The notes: generated by a model from the letters alone, not told the origin. 64,000 bases of DNA from an uncultured virus (IMG/VR IMGVR_UViG_3300020037_002893) (IMGVR_UViG_3300020037_002893), one strand, 5' to 3'; shown: positions 18,969 through 27,770, numbered from the stretch's first letter. A program made the numbers and translations.

Positions 18969-19700
18969 TCATTGTGCTTTCTTGATATGGGCGTTACCGC
19001 TCCACTCGTATGCGCACTTGGGACACTGGTAATGCACCTCGATGTCGTCATCGAACTCTGGAAACTCCTCCGGGGCTCCCTTCTGGGTATTCCCATTCCT
19101 GTCGTCACCCTCTGGTGTAGAATCATCGAGAAGGCAATCTGTCTCCTCAAGGGAGAAGCCAGAAAGTCCAATATCAAAGTCCTCCCCGATACTTTTCAAC
19201 TCTGCAAGGAAGGTAGCCTGTCCCTGCAAGTCTGTCGTGCCCATGCCCCGGTTGGCCGCGAGAAGTCTCGCCAAGTGGGTAGGCTCATCATAATCGACGA
19301 CGACAACCATGGCGTGAGTGTAAAGCCCCTCTTGGAGCATGACCTTTTTTCTGAGATGACCGGAGACAAGCTGACCGTTTCGGACGTTCCACACCATCGG
19401 ATCGAAATAGTCATGCTCCAGGGACTTCTTGAGCGTATCCCAACGAGGTGTCCCCGGCTCCGGGTGCTTCCTCACTTCCTCGTTTCTGGGATGGTCATCC
19501 AGATCAAGGAGGGACATTCGCTTCACGTCAAGGGAGGCAGTCTTCTCACCTTTCCCATCACCGGAGAAACCCTTCGGGGCTTCAAGCGTCTTCCCAGCCT
19601 TGGATGCGAGAGGAACTGTCTTCCGCCTCTTCGTGGCAGTTGGCGCCGTGGTGGGTTGCGGCAATGCCGCACTGTCTTGTGTCTTCCGTCGCTTTACCAT
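18969..19700 (-). CDS. ParB/Srx-like domain protein with C-terminal zinc ribbon
   Basis: HPRN..H, L..SL, P.VWN...LVSGH.R and L.AN motifs; CPKC.YEW. Confidence 0.8.
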   Translation of the reverse strand: MVKRRKTQDSAALPQPTTAPTATKRRKTVPLASKAGKTLEAPKGFSGDGKGEKTASLDVKRMSLLDLDDHPRNEEVRKHPEPGTPRWDTLKKSLEHDYFDPMVWNVRNGQLVSGHLRKKVMLQEGLYTHAMVVVVDYDEPTHLARLLAANRGMGTTDLQGQATFLAELKSIGEDFDIGLSGFSLEETDCLLDDSTPEGDDRNGNTQKGAPEEFPEFDDDIEVHYQCPKCAYEWSGNAHIKKAQ

Positions 19701-19765
19701 AGTGGCGACAGTCTACGCCACGGAACTTTTAACGCAATGAAAAATCAGCAGACAAACAAACGCGA

Positions 19766-20527
19766 TTACTTTGGAAGGACAATCCTGCGGAGCTTTGGAG
19801 CCTCTCCAGGCTTGCGTAACGGGACGACAGGGAACCCCTCCGTATCCGAGTTCGCGTTACAACTCGAATCGACGACGCCTGCCACGACAATCCCCGTGCT
19901 TGTGTAGTCTTCCATGTTGGCCATTTCACGTAAAGTAACAGATGTCATCGGGAAGTCATAGCGTGGGGCCGACATGGAACAAGCCACGACAACCCCCTCA
20001 AATCCTCCTATCGTCATTCGTTTACCAGTCATATGTCTTACCAAATCCTCAGTATTGACACGGGCTTCACTACTTGGAATAGGGCTTATCAACTCTGCCT
20101 GAACGCTGGGGCCGCTGAGGGCACTGTAAAAGTTCCCTTCCACGTCCTGGACTACCCTCGTCTCATTCGACCTTGTAACCGATTGAAGTAGGAACTCCGG
20201 GCAAACGGGTGCCTGTGACGCCGCTAAGCCGAGACTTGATGAGAGGTAGAGAATATTGGACAATCTTCCTGCCGCATCCTCACTAGACATCCCTCTTAAC
20301 ACGTAGGCCAGATGCTCCATACCTGATACCCTGAAAAATCGCTTTTCATAGGTTATGGTATTATCGGGAGTGGCAAAGAGATCCTCCTCGGATGAATAAA
20401 CACTACGAAATGGATCTTCGCGTAGGACCGCTATAGTCGGAGGCAAGGGCGGAGCAACACCTATGCGCTGCCCATCCTTCGGACCTCCTATGAATAGGAT
20501 GCCCCCATCAGCACTACTCGTTGGCAT
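19766..20527 (-). CDS. hypothetical protein
   Basis: LFIGGPKDG N-terminus; ends RRIVLPK. Confidence 0.55.
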   Translation of the reverse strand: MPTSSADGGILFIGGPKDGQRIGVAPPLPPTIAVLREDPFRSVYSSEEDLFATPDNTITYEKRFFRVSGMEHLAYVLRGMSSEDAAGRLSNILYLSSSLGLAASQAPVCPEFLLQSVTRSNETRVVQDVEGNFYSALSGPSVQAELISPIPSSEARVNTEDLVRHMTGKRMTIGGFEGVVVACSMSAPRYDFPMTSVTLREMANMEDYTSTGIVVAGVVDSSCNANSDTEGFPVVPLRKPGEAPKLRRIVLPK

Positions 20528-20939
20528 AGACTTGTTTCATGGTGATGCCGTAACGGGACATGAGGATGGCGGAAATCATCGGCTCCGGGTTCCCGTCGAG
20601 AAGGAACTCATCATAAGGGGACCGTGCGGGGTAGCCACCATCTCGTCTATCACAAGACGCCCCTAGCGATTTAAACAAAGGACACGAACCGCACCCTACC
20701 CCGGCTGGCTTGAGATAGTGAAGGCAAAAGGCGCAAGTGCTACAGTCTACGCTCATTGAATATGGTATATCGTTGTATTTCCCACGTATGCTAGCGTAAA
20801 AACGACGTAGGCCATGCCTGCGAAGATTCTCTTCCCTCAGTCCGATCCACTTCCGCAGAACGTGGTCGGAGGCTTCCTCCTCCGATGTGTCACATGCCTC
20901 CGTTGGCATGAACTCCTCTTTCCAAGATGTCAGGCTCAT
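20514..20939 (-). CDS. hypothetical Cys-rich protein
   Basis: CAFC...C.SCPL...C motifs. Confidence 0.55.
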   Translation of the reverse strand: MSLTSWKEEFMPTEACDTSEEEASDHVLRKWIGLREENLRRHGLRRFYASIRGKYNDIPYSMSVDCSTCAFCLHYLKPAGVGCGSCPLFKSLGASCDRRDGGYPARSPYDEFLLDGNPEPMISAILMSRYGITMKQVYANE

Positions 20940-21253
20940 ATAAGGGTGGTGGGTTTTGGGAAGTGTGTAGGCATACTCATGAGTCAGTTGGGTTATGGTT
21001 TACCGGGGCATGTTCCTCGGTGGCTTGGGTCGGTAGTCTTGAAAATGAAAGCGAGGCTGGATGAACCTGGGCTCCGGCTTCCTCGGCGGGTTGAACCCTC
21101 GGGCCTTCGTGACCGGAGGAGGGCAGTAATCATGCTGGAACTGGATTGTCGCGTATTGCGCTATAGCGACACTGGTGTTCGCCTCCCCCATGTAGGTCTT
21201 CCCACAAGAGGAGGACGCGAAGATATTCACAGTGCGAGCTAAATTTAGATTTC

Positions 21254-21418
21254 TCACTTTATGACCTCCTTCACATCACGCAGCAGCTTGATCATTGGCA
21301 AAGGGTTTCCTTCTTCACGCCAGGCATCGTATTGCTTACAGCACGGAGCATCTGCCTTCGCCTCGGGTGATGTTGCAGGCGTGAGGTAGTGTTCAGCTTT
21401 CCAAGTTTCCAGGCTCAT
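21254..21418 (-). CDS. short internally deleted paralog of 20514..20939
   Basis: Hand-translated MSLETWKAEHY...YDAWREEGNPLPMIKLL matches both ends of 20514..20939. Confidence 0.55.
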   Translation of the reverse strand: MSLETWKAEHYLTPATSPEAKADAPCCKQYDAWREEGNPLPMIKLLRDVKEVIK

Positions 21419-21491
21419 ATAAGTGAGGTGTTACTAAGTAAGATAACCCTTTTTTGGGCAAAGTAAAACGGCAAGAATTTTGCAAACGTTT

Positions 21492-21863
21492 TCAAATCTC
21501 AGGGTATCGAATCATGTCCCCGTAGGTCCAGCTCTTGAAACCAAACGAGGCGTAGAATTTGCGGAGGCTGGCCATGGACATAACCTTCCTGTCCTGGGAA
21601 ACAGGCGTAAGGTAAACCGCCCATCCCTTTTCGTCTGCAAGGCTGCACAGGCTCTCCATCAGCAGGGTTCCCACTCCCTTGCGTGTCTGCGTTGCCATTA
21701 CCTTGATATACGAGAGATGAAACTTGTCTCCCATCCTTGCATACCCCTCCAGCGTCCCGACCAGCTCCCCGCCAAGGAAGGCATGGATGGCGTAGCAATG
21801 CCTCCACACACCGACCTCCTTGGATACTCTGATTTCGAGCGAGCTGTCCAACGTCATGCTCAT
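21492..21863 (-). CDS. GNAT-family acetyltransferase
   Basis: I.V...TRKGVGTLLM and L.KFY..FGF motifs. Confidence 0.85.
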   Translation of the reverse strand: MSMTLDSSLEIRVSKEVGVWRHCYAIHAFLGGELVGTLEGYARMGDKFHLSYIKVMATQTRKGVGTLLMESLCSLADEKGWAVYLTPVSQDRKVMSMASLRKFYASFGFKSWTYGDMIRYPEI

Positions 21864-22243
21864 GTCTTCGGCAGGGTTATGATTCTTTTCTTCTTTGTCT
21901 CTTCCGGCTGCATAGGGGGTTTCGGCTTCGGCTTGGCCGGGATCGTATTGCATACAAGGACAAGCAAATCTCTCATCTTCCAAGCAGAGGACTCCGTAAT
22001 CTCCAACTCAACTATCAGCTGTATCATATTCCAGAAGGCATGCCCCTCCGGTGTGTCTGCCCAGACAAAAGAAGCGCCAAGGGAGCCCCCGGGGGTTAAT
22101 GGCTTACTTTCATCATTGCCCTTCTCTCTTACTCTCGCTTCCCTGTTGATCTTCACCCTGCGTAGTAGTTCCACCGCATTGTGCTTGGAGAGGAACTCTC
22201 GCAACGGAGCGGATACCCTGTCTGTCTCGATGTCAAAGTTCAT
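21860..22243 (-). CDS. hypothetical protein (F.W..T.EG..FW family)
   Basis: GASFVWADTPEGHAFW; basic C-terminal motif. Confidence 0.55.
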   Translation of the reverse strand: MNFDIETDRVSAPLREFLSKHNAVELLRRVKINREARVREKGNDESKPLTPGGSLGASFVWADTPEGHAFWNMIQLIVELEITESSAWKMRDLLVLVCNTIPAKPKPKPPMQPEETKKKRIITLPKT

Positions 22244-22255
22244 TTTTCTCCTGGC

Positions 22256-22522
22256 TTAGTTCCTCGGCTTCCAGATGATAATACCCTTCGCGGTCGTGAC
22301 CTTCGAGACTACCCACTTATGCTGTCCCTGCTTGAACTCGAAATCCGCAACGGCATCCTTGAACGATGGGAACTTATCTATCGGATAGTTCCACGTTCCG
22401 TAAGATGCGTGTGTGACGTTCCCCGCCTTGTCCCTGCGTATAATCTTCATGCCGAAGATGGTCCAGGGTCCGACGATCTTTGGGGTGGTTGAGGTAGCTG
22501 TGACGGTAACTTTTCTTCTCAT
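22256..22522 (-). CDS. hypothetical protein, likely leaderless
   Basis: ATG 5 nt after TATAGT. Confidence 0.55.
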   Translation of the reverse strand: MRRKVTVTATSTTPKIVGPWTIFGMKIIRRDKAGNVTHASYGTWNYPIDKFPSFKDAVADFEFKQGQHKWVVSKVTTAKGIIIWKPRN

Positions 22523-22712
22523 ACTATACTATACCCTTTTTTAGTAAGAAGTAAAGCTTGGGCTCCGTTTGAAAACGTTTGCAAATTTTCAGGGGATATA
22601 CTGTGATCCCTCTACGAGGCCAGATCAGGGATTTTTGAGCATTCTTAGTTCCGGCTTCCCAAGCAGACATCACCGCGGGCGGTCATACGAATGAATACTG
22701 TTCATCCGAGAA

Positions 22713-22886
22713 TCATTCCGAGGTTGATGCGAGGAATCCCACGCCATACAGCGCGAGCGTGATTCCGGCCGCCCATAGAGCGCCAGTGATTCCCCAAGTG
22801 ACGCCGCCACCCGTGGATATGAGAATGAAGGCCAGTGCCAGCATGATGACGCCGATAATGGCGCGATGTTCTTTGTGTAGTTTCAT
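22713..22886 (-). CDS. small two-TM membrane protein inside cassette 1
   Basis: Two hydrophobic helices. Confidence 0.5.
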   Translation of the reverse strand: MKLHKEHRAIIGVIMLALAFILISTGGGVTWGITGALWAAGITLALYGVGFLASTSE

Positions 22887-23099
22887 AGTTTTGGTAGTTC
22901 GGAAGAGGATGAACAAGTCGCGGGTGGTCAACCCCTATCAGCTTTCTTCTTGGCAGAGGTTCGAGGCTTCGATGGTTGTTTTTTGGCGGGCATAGTCTTG
23001 AGGTGTTGAGTGGTAGGGGTGTCAGAGCTAGACGTTCGGGGAAGAAATTCATCCATGATACCGACCGAGGCGATGAATCGTTTCGATTGCGGACCGGCG

Positions 23100-23504
23100 C
23101 TACATCTCGGCGGTCTCCGGCATCTCGCACGCCACGGCGACATGATAGGAGAGGAGCGCAACTTGGATCTCCACCCAATCGGCTCTCCAGTCACGGAACG
23201 TCCCGACGAATCGCCACCAACCCCGAACAAGGCGTCGATAGCAAGCGCCGGGAACGTCTTTCGGCAAAGCGGAGTCCAGCGTCGGCGGTGCCACCGCTGG
23301 GACGTTCGGCAGAATCATGGATTGAAGTTCATCAGCCTCTTCAAGCAGGTTGGATATTCGGGATTCGTATTGCTCGTAGTCGCCTTGTGAGCAGCATTGA
23401 TCCTCCAGCTTCTGAGCTTTTTCACGGAGTCCAGCGATATGCCGAACAAAACGCGGCAGATCAACCGAGCCTTCGGGTGGGTTCTTTTCGTTTTGGTCAC
23501 TCAT
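23100..23504 (-). CDS. hypothetical protein starting in and reading through attC-like sites
   Basis: ATG lies in an attC-like loop; LPRFVR and LPNV...RRLVR derive from core sites. Confidence 0.4.
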   Translation of the reverse strand: MSDQNEKNPPEGSVDLPRFVRHIAGLREKAQKLEDQCCSQGDYEQYESRISNLLEEADELQSMILPNVPAVAPPTLDSALPKDVPGACYRRLVRGWWRFVGTFRDWRADWVEIQVALLSYHVAVACEMPETAEM

Positions 23505-23586
23505 GGGTCTTTTCAGGGTTCAAAGTTTTCTCTCGGGCGCGATGCCTGCACTTAGGTATTCTTAGTTCAGTCTTCACAAGCAGACA

Positions 23587-24285
23587 TCACTGCGGTCGGT
23601 CATACGAATAATTACTGTTCGCAAGATGCTGTCGCACGGACGCCAGCACCTGAGCCCCGACCTTCGGATGCACACAGTTGCGGAGGATCTGCGCGGGGCA
23701 GTGATTCTTGCCGTAGTAGATGTTTTCCGGGTAGTGGATACCCAGCCAGTCCATCATTGCCTGTTTTCCGTCCAGATTGCATTTGTTGATGAAGTTCGTC
23801 AGGCTTGGGATTTCCATGACCCGCACGTCGAAGTTTGACCAGAAGAGATGCCGCCCCACCTTTTGCGCGGGGATCAGCGGCTCATAGTAGGGCGTGACGT
23901 TTTCCACGATCCAGGGTCCGGTGAAGTAGTGCCGCAGGAAGATGATTTCTTGATACAGCATCATGTCCGGGTATCGCTTCAGGGCGTGCCGCGTGACGCG
24001 TGCCATCTTGGAGTGCGTCTGGCATGGTGGAGAACTCCATATAAAATCGAAGTCCGCGAAGTTGTCCAGCAGGTAGGCGTGGGCATCCCCGACGATCACG
24101 GTGTCTTGCGGGTGCAGTCGTTGGTAGACTGCCGCGATTCGTGGGTCCATTTCCACGGCGGTCACTTTCACATTCTCCCAGTCCTTGCGGTTTCCGCCCA
24201 AGCCCGCGAACAGGTTCAGCACCCGGAGAGGATGAACAAGTGCCTGACCCCAACGGGCAGGGCGGCTTTCTTTCGACGTTTTCAT
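23587..24285 (-). CDS. short DNA cytosine-C5 methyltransferase
   Basis: VLNLFAGLGG, SSPPCQ, ENV and LRNCV motifs. Confidence 0.85.
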   Translation of the reverse strand: MKTSKESRPARWGQALVHPLRVLNLFAGLGGNRKDWENVKVTAVEMDPRIAAVYQRLHPQDTVIVGDAHAYLLDNFADFDFIWSSPPCQTHSKMARVTRHALKRYPDMMLYQEIIFLRHYFTGPWIVENVTPYYEPLIPAQKVGRHLFWSNFDVRVMEIPSLTNFINKCNLDGKQAMMDWLGIHYPENIYYGKNHCPAQILRNCVHPKVGAQVLASVRQHLANSNYSYDRPQ

Positions 24286-24380
24286 GGTGACTAGAGATTC
24301 TGGTGCTTCAACGCCACACTCGCGCCGAGAACCAGGCGGTGGTTTTGAGATCATAGTCGGTGACGAGGGCCGGGTCTTTT

Positions 24381-24851
24381 TCATATCTTGGTTTCCTTCC
24401 TTGTTGGTAGGACTATCCTCCTGCCTGTGCGGTATGATGCTGACTTTGCAAATTCAATAAAATATTCTTGATACCATTTCTTCTCACCCCTTGCTGGCTC
24501 AGGCTTCTCCTGTCCACGTCTGGCAAGGGCGTATTCCGGCAGCTCGAATGATTCTGGCTTAACAGCGGGTAATCCATAGACCAGTGCCCATACTTTGTCC
24601 TGTTCGGTCCAGGACTCTAGGGATATTTGATGCACACACATCCAGAATAAATCCCCCTGCATTGATACTGCCCAGGAACCCCAATATGTCAGTGCACTGG
24701 ACAGCTTTTTAACACTGACCGTTATAGGGGGGTTGGGATTCGTTGCTGACAATCGCATCGCGGCCTCGTAAAGCAGTGGATACTTCGGAAGGAAGTGCTT
24801 CCGAAATAACTCTGGTATCGGATAGGGGTTGCGTTCTTCTTCCATAGTCAT
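24381..24851 (-). CDS. hypothetical protein
   Basis: W....QG..FW motif; RRIVLP near C-terminus. Confidence 0.55.
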   Translation of the reverse strand: MTMEEERNPYPIPELFRKHFLPKYPLLYEAAMRLSATNPNPPITVSVKKLSSALTYWGSWAVSMQGDLFWMCVHQISLESWTEQDKVWALVYGLPAVKPESFELPEYALARRGQEKPEPARGEKKWYQEYFIEFAKSASYRTGRRIVLPTRKETKI

Positions 24852-24865
24852 TGGATTCCTTCAAG

Positions 24866-24898
24866 GTTTCAATCCGCGCCCCCCGTGAGGGGAGCGAC
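24866..24898 (-). ncRNA. solitary type I-C-like CRISPR repeat (SRU; candidate RNA anti-CRISPR)
   Basis: GTCGCTCCCCTCACGGGGGGCGCGGATTGAAAC: GTCGC start, hairpin and GGATTGAAAC end; intergenic, single copy. Confidence 0.75.
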
Positions 24899-24909
24899 AA
24901 CAGCCCTTG

Positions 24910-25182
24910 TCAGCAAAGTGCGACAAGGGACCGAAGAAAGAGAAAGAGGGTGATGGTGCTGACCAATGCCCAGGAGATTTTCAGTAGACGGGATTCATGG
25001 AAATTCTCCTCCCCCGTATACTCGTCCCTTGTGAGGTAGAGCATCCAGACGAACGCAAGGCAGAGCAGAACGAAGCACAGCAGGGAGGTTTGAAGCAACG
25101 CGCTTCCTCTTGTCTGGGTAAGTAGGATGGACTCACTGTTGGTGTTGATATTTTCGAGTGTCACTGCCAAGGTTTCTTTCAT
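24910..25182 (-). CDS. small membrane protein
   Basis: Two hydrophobic segments; promoter directly upstream. Confidence 0.55.
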   Translation of the reverse strand: MKETLAVTLENINTNSESILLTQTRGSALLQTSLLCFVLLCLAFVWMLYLTRDEYTGEENFHESRLLKISWALVSTITLFLFLRSLVALC

Positions 25183-25220
25183 GGTTAAACTATACTATAT
25201 TTTAGCTAAGCTGTAAAGTC

Positions 25221-25487
25221 TCATCTCCTCGACTCACGAAGAGCTATCTCTCGCTCCAGATACCACATGGCTTTTTTCAAGTCTTCCAGGGCGTCGTTCT
25301 TCAAGTCAGCTCTCCAGATATACTTGACGGCATTGCCAAGGCAGAAGCTCATGTGCTCCGTGATCTGAATGCACTCGATTCCGCTCGCGTGCTTAGTGTA
25401 GTGGGCAGGATGGTTGACGGGATCTTCTGGGTTTGAAAACGTTTGCAAATTTTCCTGCTCTACGATGGCTTGTAATGTTTCACTCAT
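25221..25487 (-). CDS. DUF3310-like protein
   Basis: DPVNHP.HY, IECI, F.LGNA.KY.WR...K...EDL.KA.WYL. Confidence 0.85.
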   Translation of the reverse strand: MSETLQAIVEQENLQTFSNPEDPVNHPAHYTKHASGIECIQITEHMSFCLGNAVKYIWRADLKNDALEDLKKAMWYLEREIALRESRR

Positions 25488-25559
25488 GGTATTGGTCTTT
25501 CTTTCTTGGCTGCTGGTGCAAATTATTTCTCCGTGTCTCTGGTTAGGTTCTTTCTCCCC

Positions 25560-25817
25560 TCAGAAGAAGAACGGATAAACGTGGCTGGTCAGTCGGGTTT
25601 TCAGATGTTCAGCTCTCTGGATAGCGAACAGCACTTGTCTTCGTCTGATTTTACGGGTTGTCTGGATCTCCTGACATACCCGTGCGAAGCTCCGTATCTG
25701 GCTCCCATTCCTCTCGACCTCTCCCTTCGGCAACGATCCCCTTGTTGCCTTGGAAAGTGTCCTCGGTCTGATGATGCTTTCTAGCAAGGTCCGTTGCAGT
25801 TCTCTGTTCGTTTTCAT
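25560..25817 (-). CDS. hypothetical basic protein
   Basis: ORF from MKTNREL. Confidence 0.45.
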   Translation of the reverse strand: MKTNRELQRTLLESIIRPRTLSKATRGSLPKGEVERNGSQIRSFARVCQEIQTTRKIRRRQVLFAIQRAEHLKTRLTSHVYPFFF

Positions 25818-25828
25818 AGGTGTTTTAT

Positions 25829-26479
25829 TCAGTCCTCTTCGTGGATGGATCCCACTGCGTTCCAGAGTGATAAGAAGTGCTTCTTGCCGTAGACCTTCCC
25901 TCTTGAAGCTCCGCCGTGCTCCCATGCAAAGGCATCCCGCAAAGCGGACTCCTGTATTCGATAAAAGCCATCGGCGTAATGGCCCCTAGCGTCCCCGTGG
26001 TTGCATCCTGTCAGCTTTGCAAGGGAAGCAGGGGAATGCTTCTACAGACGACAGGTGGCCTTGATATGAGGCGCCAGAAGGGTAATGGGGATGCTCAACA
26101 CTTGAGACTCGGAAGACAAAAGCCCTTGCGCGAGTTTTTCCATGGTGTTTACCCCGGAAAGGGAGGCGTCGTGGAGCATTATGAGATAGTCTGTCTCAGG
26201 GCATAGAATCTCCTTCTCAAGTCTCCAGGCGTAAATAGCCAAAGACCTGCCCCTCTTTAGTGCCTTGATTTCTTTGTATCGTCCGCTCTGCGCCGCGTCA
26301 AAGCAGATGTCATAGTTGCCCGACTGGTGACAACGAGTCAATCCTAGCATCCTGACCAGAATCTCCTCGGTGAATCTTCCAACCAAGTTACGGCCATGGG
26401 CCAAAGACTTTATCTTTCCCTGCGGGAGCACAGGAGGAAAAAGATCGTTGTGGGTTTCTATAGGGGGGCTTACCTTCAT
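25829..26479 (-). pseudogene. PD-(D/E)XK nuclease-like gene with an in-frame TAG at 26042-26044 (nonsense or readthrough)
   Basis: G.F.E, FD......EIK; 70 sense codons after the TAG fill the gap up to the next gene. Confidence 0.55.
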
Positions 26480-26658
26480 TGACCTATTATTCAGTTGTGT
26501 GCCCGAGCACATTTTTGGTCTTGTCAATCATGTCGCTATAAACGCCGCCATCCACATGCTCCACCGTCTCGATCCACTCGCGGAGGAGGGCTTCAAGTTT
26601 AGGGCGTGCCTTCAGGGCGCTGAGTGCCAGTCGATCCGTTCCAGTTTCCATTTCATTT

Positions 26659-26871
26659 TCATAAGTGTTTCATCCAATCTTCTTCATGTCCACATTTAAT
26701 AAGCCACTCTTTAAGTATGTTAATTGCGTCCTCTCTTTCCAGATTTGAGATGTATTTCAGCCTGCCGTCGCCGCCATCATAGGGGACCGCCATTAGAATG
26801 AATCCGTGGTGATCCGGGAGCGTCGCATGAACGACCTTTGCCGCCTCTATCATATATTGTTTGTCGGCCAT
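26659..26871 (-). CDS. hypothetical protein
   Basis: LP...GF.L....YISN..R.D. Confidence 0.5.
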   Translation of the reverse strand: MADKQYMIEAAKVVHATLPDHHGFILMAVPYDGGDGRLKYISNLEREDAINILKEWLIKCGHEEDWMKHL

Positions 26872-26943
26872 ATCGGTAATTTGTAAGAGCAAGAACAAGT
26901 GGTAATTTCCAGCAGTCGCTGGCGTAGTATCGGGGTTTGCTGC

Positions 26944-27675
26944 TCACCCACGGATGCGAATTAACCTCGTCTCGATGCTCGTTCCACTCTCCTTAAAGCT
27001 GCCAGACTTAAAAACCCTCACTGTTTCGGCGCCTAGCGCCGCGAGCTTAGGGCAGTCCTTTGACGGCACGATGGCGAAGAGGAGTCCACCGGGGGTGAGG
27101 AACTTCTTGGCGTGTGCCACATGCTTTAGATCCTGTCCCTTGGTGTAGGGCGGATTCATCACAATGCGCGCATATTTGAAGCTCGGGTCGAGCTTCAGGA
27201 AGTCCCCGATCCAGCATGTCACCCGTTTTGTGGGGATGTATTCCTCCTTTAGCTTGCGGGCTGTCTCCTCGTCGATTTCCACGGCATCCACAGAGCTTGC
27301 GCCGTAGGCTAGACACGCCTTCGCCAGAGCTCCGTCACCAGCGGACGGTTCGAGCACGAGATGCCCGTCGAGGTTTGCCATCCGCGCCACTTCGTTGGCG
27401 ATTACTTCTGGCGTGTAGAATGCTTGGCGGAGTTTCTTCTCATCAACCACCACTCCGGTTTCAAGAGCGAGGCCGAGCTTGGCGCGAGGATCGGAGTCGA
27501 AGACGAATCCCTGCTTGTTGGTTTTCCATTTACCTCCGGCGAGCTGGATCGCCTTGGCGACTTTCTCATAGAGCTTTCGTTCCAGTTGCCCAGTGGGCAG
27601 GACTAGCAGGTTTTCGGTGATGGTGGCGCGGCTGAGAATATCAGTCACGGTCGAGCATAGTGTAGCGTTGGCCAT
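26944..27675 (-). CDS. N6-adenine/amino methyltransferase
   Basis: FYTP, VLEPSAG.G, VEID, DFL and MNPPY motifs. Confidence 0.88.
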   Translation of the reverse strand: MANATLCSTVTDILSRATITENLLVLPTGQLERKLYEKVAKAIQLAGGKWKTNKQGFVFDSDPRAKLGLALETGVVVDEKKLRQAFYTPEVIANEVARMANLDGHLVLEPSAGDGALAKACLAYGASSVDAVEIDEETARKLKEEYIPTKRVTCWIGDFLKLDPSFKYARIVMNPPYTKGQDLKHVAHAKKFLTPGGLLFAIVPSKDCPKLAALGAETVRVFKSGSFKESGTSIETRLIRIRG

Positions 27676-27770
27676 ATTGGTGTTTTCGGAGTTGGTTGGT
27701 AATTAGGCAATCAAACAAGGCGCTGCGTCTCGGGCGAGGTTTTTTTCGGGGGCTTTATCGTCTGAGTTGC

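Larger units (their letters stand above)
22641..24241 (+). mobile_element. integron-like array of attC-type cassettes with two 63-bp repeats ending at GTT (no integrase in window)
   Basis: Self-complementary core pairs GTTCATCC 22700/GGATGAAC 22907, GTTCGGGG 23034/CCCCGAAC 23221 and GTTCGGCA 23304/TGCCGAAC 23440; AACAAG.CG starts and GACGTT ends; repeats 22641-22703 and 23558-23620. Confidence 0.6.

Noticed and set aside
26888..27730. Additional attC half-sites (CAAGAACAAG near 26891, ATCAAACAAGGCGCTGC near 27710)
   Set aside because: No matching GTT core or inverted repeat found by eye; too weak to call
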